NCBI GenBank assembly: GCA_027371715.1
Contig: DAHXMM010000020.1
Coordinates: 1 to 32,000 of the forward strand
Length of the DNA: 32,000 nt
Direction of reading: 5' to 3'
Origin: Elusimicrobiota bacterium
Lineage (GTDB): Bacteria; Elusimicrobiota; Elusimicrobia; UBA1565; UBA9628
Part shown: one piece after another, positions 1 through 6,913 of the stretch
Numbering within the stretch: the stretch's first letter is position 1
Layout: every line of letters begins with the position of its first letter
Translations under genes and position numbers: made by a program
The notes under the pieces: model-generated
Told to the model about the DNA's origin: nothing
Database searches by the model: none
Seen by the model: only the letters and a program-made list of their open reading frames with translations

Positions 1-2
1 TT

Positions 3-3000
3 GGAGATCATCCGACATCTATTGGATCTATCTATGAAAGCCCAGATGGAGTCAATTGGAATTTAGTTTATGCGACTTCAACAGATGCCAATTTCGGGGC
101 TCTATCCGACTTTAACGGGCAACTCTATGCCGGCAGTGTCAATGGTTCAATCTATCAAATCACCCCCGTCGCCGCGACCTTGGCCGGCTCCGATGGGACC
201 AACGCCGCAGAGAAACTCTCGGCTACCGGCCTCAATCTCGTTCAATCCACAAGTACCGTGACCTGCGGCGGGGTTTCTCCTTGCGGGGCGACTGATCAAA
301 TCATATTCACCGCCTCAGATTTGGCGGGAAATGTTTTGGAAAGCGGCCCCTACGCAATTTTAGTCGATACCACCGTCGCTCCGGCAATCTCAACGCCTTC
401 CTATCCCTCAAACGGCGCCTATCTCAACTATCAGACGAATTTCAGCTGGATAGGGCCAAGCACGACCGTCGTCTCGGGGCTCTTGCCTCCTTCCTTTTAC
501 CAACTTGAAGTCTCAAACAACGATCCCACTTTCGCGACGACTTTCGTCAATATCTCAACACCCATTCCGCCGGTCAATACCGGGCTCGCCACCGACAACG
601 GCGCTTATATCTCGACTTACACGTTCGCGAATTTGACGACCTATTATTGGCGCGTGAGAACCGTGGACGGCTTTGGGGGGACCAGCCCCTGGTCCGAGAC
701 CTTCAATTTTACCACCGATTTTTCAAGTCCGACAGCTGTCAACGGAAGTTTCGCGACGCTCAACAGTCTTGGTGGACTCGTTCCAGAAACTCAGGTCACC
801 GTTCTCCAAAACGGGGTGACGGCTCAGCTCAACATCACCGACATCGGGAGCGGGTTTTCCGCATTCAACTCCACGGATTATTCCGTCAGATATTCCACCA
901 ACGCCGGCGCTGTCTGGATTTCAGATCCCTTTTCCGCCCTCGCTTTCACGGGCTTAATCGGCCAAACCTCGACCCAAACTTTCACGGCCTACGGGCTCAA
1001 TCTCGCCGCCTCAACCAACAGCATCGTCTGCGCCGGAATTTCTCCCTGCGGCGCCAGCAATCAAATTGAATTTACGTTTTCGGATCAGGCCGGTAATTTC
1101 ACTACAGCCGGGCCTTATGCCATCATCGTCGACACTCATTCAACCGACGTCTTGGTCTCAACCGCCGATGTCGCGCCCTTGGGAATTCCGCAAAACACCT
1201 CCGTCGCTTTTATCCGATTGACTTTAAACAGTCTCGCCGGAACGGCGCCCTGGACCGGTCTGACGGTTGAACGCCTGGGAAGCGGAACGGACTCGGATGT
1301 TCAAAACGTCGCCATCTACCGCGATTCCCTAGGGACCGGAATTTTCTCGCCCTCGGATACCCAAATCACTCAAAACGCGGTTTTTTCCGGAGGCGTAGTT
1401 AATTTGACGATGACTAATCCCGAGAGCATCACGACCTCGACCAAGACCTATTTCGTGGTCTATACCGCGGCCGCCGGGGCCTTGGTTGGAGACGGTCTCC
1501 AAGCGGAAATTACCTCGACCGCCTCATTTACCTTCAACGGCGGATACGCGATGAGCGCGGCCCAGACGACGATTTATCCCTTGATTTCCAGCACCGCGAC
1601 CGTCGTCGACGGCCCTAATTATCTCTACATCACACCCACAAGCAAGGCGCCCTCGGATGACCCGCCGGGAACCGCCAATATCGAGATGCTCGCCTTAAAA
1701 GCTTATACCAATACCGGAACAAGCACTCTTTCCAAAATCGTCTTTAATCTTTTGGGCACGGGCGCCTCTAATGACATCAGCGCCATCTCCATTTACCGCG
1801 ACTCAAACGGCACCGGAGTCTATGCTAATAACGACGAACTCGTCACCAGCGGTTCGGACGCCTTTTTAAACGGAGTTTCGACCGTCGCCTTCACGACCAC
1901 CATCGCCTCCGAAACCGTGACGACTTCTCCCATTTATTATTTTGTCCTCATCAGCTTGTCTCCGAACGCGCCTTTGGGAGACACGCTGGGAGTTTCCATT
2001 TCCACCCCGTCCAATGTCGAGCTCATCGACGTCTTGGATACGACCACCTTTACAAGCAACCCCGCCGCGTCTTCCCTACTAACTATCGAATACGTCAACA
2101 CCTTGAACGTCCAGGGCGCAAGCCAGATTCCGCCGTCTCTTTTGCAGGGGCAGGAATACGCGGTGTTAAAGGCGAGTTTCACTGTCTCAACAGGGGAAAC
2201 TGCCTTTGATGGAATGGATATCACGCGCCTGGGGCTCGGGCACGATTCGGATATTTCAGCCGTAAGGATTTGGCAGGACCCCAATCCGCCCGAGGCTTTT
2301 AACCCAGCCACTTTCCTTCAGTTGAGTTCCGGAAGCTTCGTCAACGGAAACGCGCAGCTAAACTTTCCGCTTCAAACCTTGTCGGCCGGAACGACCTACG
2401 TCTATTACGTCACCTATGATATCAGCCCCACGGCCACGCAGGGAGACACGTTGGGCGGACGCATTACCAGTAATCTGGATATCTCAGACACCAATCCCGG
2501 AACGACGATTGTCGGCAATTTCTCGATTAATTCGGCCACTTCCCCCGTGGTTCCAACGACCGCGGGGCTTTTTGTCGGCGCTCAAAACGTCGCCCCCAGC
2601 GATCTCTTGCAAGGCGCGACCAATCAACAAATGCTCAATTTGACGATGGATACCACTCAATACTCGGTTCTTTTGGGAGCTTTGACCTTTAATTCCTTGG
2701 GAACGGCGGCGTCTTCCGACATCTCGCGCGTTGAGGTCTATCAAGATCTAGTGGGAAACGGAATTCTAAATACCACCAAAGATCCTCTTTTATCGGCGCT
2801 CTCATATCCTTTTATATCGGGAACCGGCATCATCCCTTTTTCATCTGGAATTACCATCAGCACCATTTCCATCACTCTTTTGGTCGCGGTGGACGTCTCA
2901 ACCGGGGCCAACTATATCAATAACGATTTTGGAATCGGCATCGCGACCCAGGCCAATATTTCGATTAATTCTCCCAATTTCGTCGTTCCCTCAACGACCA

Positions 3001-4481
3001 CTTTCCCGGCTGATTCCGGCATTATTCCCATCACCAAGTCTCCGGATGTCTTGAGCGTATTTCCGACCAACCTTATCAACCCCGCCGGCGTCGTTCAAGG
3101 CCAAAACGCGCCGGCGACGGAACTCAGTCTGATCACCCAGCACAGTTCGGTGACCTGGACGACGATTGCCGTCCAAAGAAGCGGGACCTTGCCGGATTCG
3201 GGAGTTGATTCCGTCAATGTTTATTACGACGCCGATCAAAACGGGGTGTTTGATTCCTCGGACGTCTTGGTCGGAAGCGCGCCGTTTGTTTCCGGAACGG
3301 CTAACATTTCTTTTTCCACCGCTCAGCTGGTCAATCCCGGAGGTTCGGACTATTTCGTCACGCTTCAAATCGATCCGAACGCCACACCCGGAGATACCAT
3401 TGGAATTTCTCTCTCTGGAAATTCTAACTTTAAGGTTTTGCCTCCAGATACGGTTTCGGGATCGAGCCTTCCTTTTAATTCGGCCCTGGCGCCGGTCTTA
3501 AACATAAAAACTCCGATCACGCCCGTCGTCACATTCCCCAATGGAGATTTTTCCAGTTCCTTTGACTCCATCGGATTTATCTGGTATTCGACCGTCGCCG
3601 TCGGGTCTATTTCAAGCGCGGCCTATGCCGTAGGAACGACGCCCGGGGGAACCGATATTGCGCCCTACACCAATATCCCTTTCGCCGCTTCCAGCTTTAC
3701 CGCGGTCAATCTTCTGCTCAGTAACGGCGCGACCTATTACGTATCTGTCGAAGCGACGTCCAACTACGGTTTTACCAGTCCGCCGGGAACCAGCCCCGGG
3801 TTCCTGGTCGATTTGATTACGCCCATGCCGCCGAGTAGTTTGACGGCTAATGTCGGAGTCAGCTCGATTTATCTCACCTGGAATCCCGGCAGCGCGGGGC
3901 CCTCGGGACTCGCGGGATACCTGCTTGAATATTCCGATGTCGAACATCCGACCTGGTATAACGCGAAAACCGGAGCGGTCTCCGCCCTGGAGATGGGGAC
4001 TGTCCCTAACTCCGCCAGCCCGCATTCCGTCTTGTCGGCGAATTTTATTTCCGCTTCGCCGTTCTTGTTCAATAGCCCGCCGCAAGGAACTCTGATGTTC
4101 CGCGTCAGTTCAGTCAACGGCGCGGGGGTACAAAGCGCGCCTTCCGACACCATTCGCGTGCTTTTTGGGACGCAATCGACGGCGGGAATATCCAACGTTT
4201 CCTCCTATCCCAATCCCTTTAATTCTAATTCCGGCGTGGCCACCATCGTCTATACCTTGGACGCGCCGGGAAGCGTCTCGATTCAAATCTACAGCGTCTT
4301 TGGAAGTCTCGTCAAAAGTTTCTCTTATTCCGGTGGAGGCACGGGGGGAGAAGCCGGAGTCAACACCGTCACCTGGGATGGGACGGATTCCGGGGGCCGC
4401 AAAGTATCGAAGGGAATTTACATTGCCGTCCTTAAAGCCAACGGCATGAGCGTCCAATACAAGATCGGGGTCAATCACTGA
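3..4481 (+). CDS. Giant secreted cell-surface protein, 5'-truncated by the window edge; repeat-rich Ig/FN3-like modules with a C-terminal FlgD-Ig / T9SS type-A sorting-like domain
   Basis: Frame 3 is open from the window edge (GDHPTSIGSIYESPDGVNWNLVY... precedes the ORF-track TTG at 180), so the true start lies upstream. Stop TGA is at 4479-4481. Five ~160-aa modules share the motif LGxGxxSDISxVxIYxD. Two Cys-containing ~48-aa modules are present. There is an FN3-like segment (SIYLTWNPGSAGPSGLAGYLLEY). The last ~95 aa (SYPNPFN...VTWDGTDSGGRKVSKGIYI...) resemble FlgD-Ig/Por-secretion tail domains. Confidence 0.85.
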   Translation, partial: GDHPTSIGSIYESPDGVNWNLVYATSTDANFGALSDFNGQLYAGSVNGSIYQITPVAATLAGSDGTNAAEKLSATGLNLVQSTSTVTCGGVSPCGATDQIIFTASDLAGNVLESGPYAILVDTTVAPAISTPSYPSNGAYLNYQTNFSWIGPSTTVVSGLLPPSFYQLEVSNNDPTFATTFVNISTPIPPVNTGLATDNGAYISTYTFANLTTYYWRVRTVDGFGGTSPWSETFNFTTDFSSPTAVNGSFATLNSLGGLVPETQVTVLQNGVTAQLNITDIGSGFSAFNSTDYSVRYSTNAGAVWISDPFSALAFTGLIGQTSTQTFTAYGLNLAASTNSIVCAGISPCGASNQIEFTFSDQAGNFTTAGPYAIIVDTHSTDVLVSTADVAPLGIPQNTSVAFIRLTLNSLAGTAPWTGLTVERLGSGTDSDVQNVAIYRDSLGTGIFSPSDTQITQNAVFSGGVVNLTMTNPESITTSTKTYFVVYTAAAGALVGDGLQAEITSTASFTFNGGYAMSAAQTTIYPLISSTATVVDGPNYLYITPTSKAPSDDPPGTANIEMLALKAYTNTGTSTLSKIVFNLLGTGASNDISAISIYRDSNGTGVYANNDELVTSGSDAFLNGVSTVAFTTTIASETVTTSPIYYFVLISLSPNAPLGDTLGVSISTPSNVELIDVLDTTTFTSNPAASSLLTIEYVNTLNVQGASQIPPSLLQGQEYAVLKASFTVSTGETAFDGMDITRLGLGHDSDISAVRIWQDPNPPEAFNPATFLQLSSGSFVNGNAQLNFPLQTLSAGTTYVYYVTYDISPTATQGDTLGGRITSNLDISDTNPGTTIVGNFSINSATSPVVPTTAGLFVGAQNVAPSDLLQGATNQQMLNLTMDTTQYSVLLGALTFNSLGTAASSDISRVEVYQDLVGNGILNTTKDPLLSALSYPFISGTGIIPFSSGITISTISITLLVAVDVSTGANYINNDFGIGIATQANISINSPNFVVPSTTTFPADSGIIPITKSPDVLSVFPTNLINPAGVVQGQNAPATELSLITQHSSVTWTTIAVQRSGTLPDSGVDSVNVYYDADQNGVFDSSDVLVGSAPFVSGTANISFSTAQLVNPGGSDYFVTLQIDPNATPGDTIGISLSGNSNFKVLPPDTVSGSSLPFNSALAPVLNIKTPITPVVTFPNGDFSSSFDSIGFIWYSTVAVGSISSAAYAVGTTPGGTDIAPYTNIPFAASSFTAVNLLLSNGATYYVSVEATSNYGFTSPPGTSPGFLVDLITPMPPSSLTANVGVSSIYLTWNPGSAGPSGLAGYLLEYSDVEHPTWYNAKTGAVSALEMGTVPNSASPHSVLSANFISASPFLFNSPPQGTLMFRVSSVNGAGVQSAPSDTIRVLFGTQSTAGISNVSSYPNPFNSNSGVATIVYTLDAPGSVSIQIYSVFGSLVKSFSYSGGGTGGEAGVNTVTWDGTDSGGRKVSKGIYIAVLKANGMSVQYKIGVNH
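3995..4011. repeat. Palindrome copy inside the surface-protein CDS (read as MGTVPNS)
   Basis: gagatGGGGACTGTCCCTAACTcc, perfect core at 3996-4006. Confidence 0.85.
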
Positions 4482-5110
4482 CATGAAAAAAAAAGGGACA
4501 GTCCCTTTTTCGGCCGCCCCACATGAGAATCCAGCCCCATTTTCTTTCTTGTCTCCAGCTCACATCCATCATCCACGATATATTTGTAAATCTCCACTCT
4601 CTTTTGGGAAAAGTCAGCCAAAGACAAATAAGCGGGGCTCTCTTCCAAAAAAGGGGACTGTCCCTTTTCTCCCAAATAAAAGCGATAACTGGACCAAGAA
4701 TAATCTTCCGGTTTCCGCGCGATGGCCGCGCGCACGGGATTTAACTCGATATAGCGGCCGCAAAGAAGAAGACTTCGGTCCGTCGGCAATAAAACGCTTT
4801 TATAGCGCCCCTGCCAGAGATGCCCCACCGAGGAATTTTTCTCTCGGAAATAATCGGAATACCCCTGTAAAAGCTTTTGCATCGCCTTGCTCAGGTCTTC
4901 CGGCTTTTGAACCTGGACCAAGAGATGAATATGGTTGGGCATCAGAACATAATGATGGATCCGAAAAGGATTTTTCACCTTGCTCCACCGCAGAATGTCC
5001 AAAAATCTCTCATAATCGGCTGTTTCATGGAACACGGCTTGACGATTATTCCCGCGCGCCATCAAGTGGTAAAACCCTCCTTCAATCAAATGTCTCCCGC
5101 ATCTTGACAT
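4475..5110 (-). CDS. REP-associated tyrosine transposase (RAYT; IS200-like Y1/HUH transposase, COG1943 type)
   Basis: 211-aa ORF with N-terminal GGFYHLMARGNNRQAVF, HUH motif in VLMPNHIHLLV and catalytic-Tyr region GRYIELNPVRA. SD GGGGAG (5118-5123, minus strand) lies 8 nt upstream of the ATG. Palindromic repeats sit on both sides. The last 12 codons run through the repeat at 4486-4510, and codons GEKGQSPF run through the repeat at 4647-4668. Confidence 0.9.
   Translation of the reverse strand: MSRCGRHLIEGGFYHLMARGNNRQAVFHETADYERFLDILRWSKVKNPFRIHHYVLMPNHIHLLVQVQKPEDLSKAMQKLLQGYSDYFREKNSSVGHLWQGRYKSVLLPTDRSLLLCGRYIELNPVRAAIARKPEDYSWSSYRFYLGEKGQSPFLEESPAYLSLADFSQKRVEIYKYIVDDGCELETRKKMGLDSHVGRPKKGLSLFFSCQ
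4486..4510. repeat. Palindrome copy, A/T-run-flanked subtype
   Basis: A9-GGGACAGTCCC-T5, core at 4495-4505, starting 14 nt after the surface-protein stop and inside the RAYT 3' end. Confidence 0.9.
4647..4668. repeat. Palindrome copy, A/T-run-flanked subtype, inside the RAYT CDS
   Basis: A6-G-GGGACTGTCCC-T4, core at 4654-4664. Confidence 0.85.
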
Positions 5111-5179
5111 ATCAGAGTCTCCCCTTATCCGAATTATCTCCTACCTCTCATACGTCAAAAACGAGAAAAAAGTTCCCTC

Positions 5180-5203
5180 AAAAAAAGGGACAGTCCCTTT
5201 TTT
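5180..5203. repeat. Palindrome copy, A/T-run-flanked subtype
   Basis: A7-GGGACAGTCCC-T6, core at 5187-5197, upstream of the RAYT start. Confidence 0.9.
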
Positions 5204-5205
5204 CA

Positions 5206-6765
5206 TTGATTCTAAACAAAAAAGGGACAGTCCCTTTTTTCTTATTTCTACTTCTCTCCTCCATATCGGCATCGGCCGCGAGCTTCTATGCGGGTTCTCC
5301 CAACGAGATATTTCAATTCGGCGCGGATGCCAGGGCCATGGGCATGGGCAACGCCTACACCGCCATTGCCGGTGGAGCGTCTTCCCTTTATTACAACCCG
5401 GCGGGCCTCGGTCTTCTCAATGGCCCCGATGTCAGCGCCATGCAGGCCAGTCTTATTGGCGGCGCGGCCTATGAAGATTTATCCTACGCCCAAAATTTCT
5501 CAAAAATGCCGGGAGCTTGGGGCGTTGAAGCCCTCAATATGGGAGTGGGAGGGGCCGAGCAAAGAGACTCTCAAAATAATCTCACCGGAAGCTTTGGTTT
5601 TCAAGAAACCGGATACGGAGCGGGATTTGGCCTAAGGAATGTCGTCATTCCGAACTTATCCTTGGGAGGCTCTTTTCAGGGGCTCAGCCGAAGCTTGGGC
5701 GGTAGTTCTTCCGACATGCTCTATGGAGCGAATTTGGGAGCCCAGTACGGCCCCTTTTTGGACAATATGGTGACCGCGGGTTTGGTCCTCCAAAACGGTT
5801 TTAACGGAGCGCAAAATACCTTTGACCGGCTACCCACGGTTTTACGCGCAGGGCTCGCCGTCACTCCCATCAATAATCTTCTCATTTCCGCGGATTACGG
5901 CGATGATGGCGATTACGGAATCGGCGCGGAATATCGAATATGGATGTTCGCCATACGAGCCGGATATATCCCCCAAGGCCTCACCTTCGGCGCCGGAATC
6001 TATTATCAATCTCTGGAAGCCGATGTCGCGATGGTCAACGATCCAATTTTTGGAATGGGGGAGAGATTCTCGCTTAATTACCGATTCGCGGGAAAGAAGA
6101 AAGAAAAGCCTCTTGAAGCTTACACTAATAGTTATCTGGATGCCGCAAAAAAAGAATTAAGTCTCCGCAATTATCTCAGCGCGCAATTCGCGCTTGAAGA
6201 AGCGATGGGAGTCTCTCCCGCTCAGATTCCTCAGACATGGAAAGAAAAACTCAAACTTCTTCAAGCTTTTAATGGCAGCCTAGATCTCAAAAACCGTCCG
6301 GATGAGGTCAAAACTCTCCTTGCAAAAGATCAACCGGCCATACTCGCCCAAAAATCGGTTTTTTCTTATTTAAACGGACGCGACGGAGACGCCATGATTT
6401 GGGCGTCCGTGGCAGCCGGAACCGCTCATAAATCCATGCCCTATATTGACTTTGTCAAGACGATGGCTTATCTTACGAATATGAAGGTTTCGGAAGGGGA
6501 TTTATTGCCTCCACCAGATTATGTTTCCAAAAAAATGGAGACTGCTCTTCATGCTATTTATCAAAAGCGTTTTGCCAATGCGGTTAAAAATTGCCAACAG
6601 GCCATCGTGGTAAACCCGAAAGAGCCTTCTGCCTGGACGCGGCTGGGTAGCGCTTATTTTGCCTGGGGACATAAGGATGAAGCCAAAAAAGCCTATCAGA
6701 AAGCTTTAGAGCTTGATCCCAAGAACGAAAATTTAAAGAAATTTATGGAGATGTATATCAAATGA
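5206..6765 (+). CDS. Outer-membrane beta-barrel protein (PorV/PorQ- or UPF0164-like N-terminal motif) with C-terminal TPR domain
   Basis: In-frame TTG at 5206 gives MILNKKGTVPFFLFLLLSSISASAAS, a plausible signal peptide; the first in-frame ATG would remove it. GADARAMGMGNAYTAIAGGASSLYYNPAGLG resembles the conserved N-terminal motif of PorV-like/FadL-like barrels, followed by Gly/aromatic-rich beta-strand-like sequence. The C-terminus has TPR-like repeats (AWTRLGSAYFAWGHKDEAKKAYQKALELDPKN). The 760-aa ORF-track model (4483..) is an antisense-RAYT artefact at its 5' end. Confidence 0.7.
   Translation: MILNKKGTVPFFLFLLLSSISASAASFYAGSPNEIFQFGADARAMGMGNAYTAIAGGASSLYYNPAGLGLLNGPDVSAMQASLIGGAAYEDLSYAQNFSKMPGAWGVEALNMGVGGAEQRDSQNNLTGSFGFQETGYGAGFGLRNVVIPNLSLGGSFQGLSRSLGGSSSDMLYGANLGAQYGPFLDNMVTAGLVLQNGFNGAQNTFDRLPTVLRAGLAVTPINNLLISADYGDDGDYGIGAEYRIWMFAIRAGYIPQGLTFGAGIYYQSLEADVAMVNDPIFGMGERFSLNYRFAGKKKEKPLEAYTNSYLDAAKKELSLRNYLSAQFALEEAMGVSPAQIPQTWKEKLKLLQAFNGSLDLKNRPDEVKTLLAKDQPAILAQKSVFSYLNGRDGDAMIWASVAAGTAHKSMPYIDFVKTMAYLTNMKVSEGDLLPPPDYVSKKMETALHAIYQKRFANAVKNCQQAIVVNPKEPSAWTRLGSAYFAWGHKDEAKKAYQKALELDPKNENLKKFMEMYIK
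5218..5240. repeat. Palindrome copy, A/T-run-flanked subtype, overlapping the OMP signal-peptide codons
   Basis: A6-GGGACAGTCCC-T6, core at 5224-5234, read as KKGTVPFF. Confidence 0.9.
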
Positions 6766-6910
6766 AAGAAACGGAAAGTAAAAGAAAGTTACGGAAAGAA
6801 AATGAAAGAAACAGAAAAAGGCCTTACCTTGCTCTTCGTTCCTTTCTGTTGCTTTCCGTTACTTGCCGTTGCTTTCCGTTTCTTGCCGTTGCTCGCCGTT
6901 GCTGGAGGTT
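6761..6910. repeat. Phased 10-nt repeat array: six NNNGAAAGNN units followed by eight pyrimidine-rich units ending in (C/T/G)GTT, mutually complementary
   Basis: Units at 6761-6820: aatGAAAGaa, acgGAAAGta, aaaGAAAGtt, acgGAAAGaa, aatGAAAGaa, acaGAAAAag. Units at 6831-6910: gctcttcgtt, cctttctgtt, gctttccgtt, acttgccgtt, gctttccgtt, tcttgccgtt, gctcgccgtt, gctggaggtt. There is a perfect 13-nt inverted repeat: AAGAAACGGAAAG (6766-6778) versus CTTTCCGTTTCTT (6872-6884). Confidence 0.8.
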
Positions 6911-6913
6911 ATC

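Larger units (their letters stand above)
4475..5240. mobile_element. RAYT gene plus four A/T-run-flanked GGGACWGTCCC palindromes (REP-RAYT-REP unit)
   Basis: Palindrome copies at 4486-4510, 4647-4668, 5180-5203 and 5218-5240 surround or overlap the Y1 transposase gene. RAYT genes are typically bracketed by their cognate REPs. Confidence 0.7.

Noticed and set aside
647-4484. Numerous 60-160-aa ORFs on both strands inside the surface-protein gene (for example 647..1069, 1937..2311, 3612..4085 and 4110..4484)
   Set aside because: These are shadow ORFs in alternative frames of a long, clearly coding, repeat-rich gene. Their translations are Arg/Gly/Pro-rich low-complexity sequence with no motifs.
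4483-5205. N-terminal 241 codons of the 760-aa plus-strand ORF (4483..6765)
   Set aside because: This stretch is antisense to the well-supported RAYT gene and runs through four repeat copies (giving KKGTVPF-type peptides). It has no protein-like features. The barrel protein most plausibly starts at TTG 5206 with a signal peptide.
4486-5240. A/T-run-flanked palindromes as ordinary bidirectional Rho-independent terminators
   Set aside because: The G/C stem is only 4-5 bp once a sterically possible loop is allowed, and two copies lie inside the RAYT coding sequence. They might still attenuate transcription. The RAYT association and the shared core with non-T-run copies make a REP identity the more economical reading.
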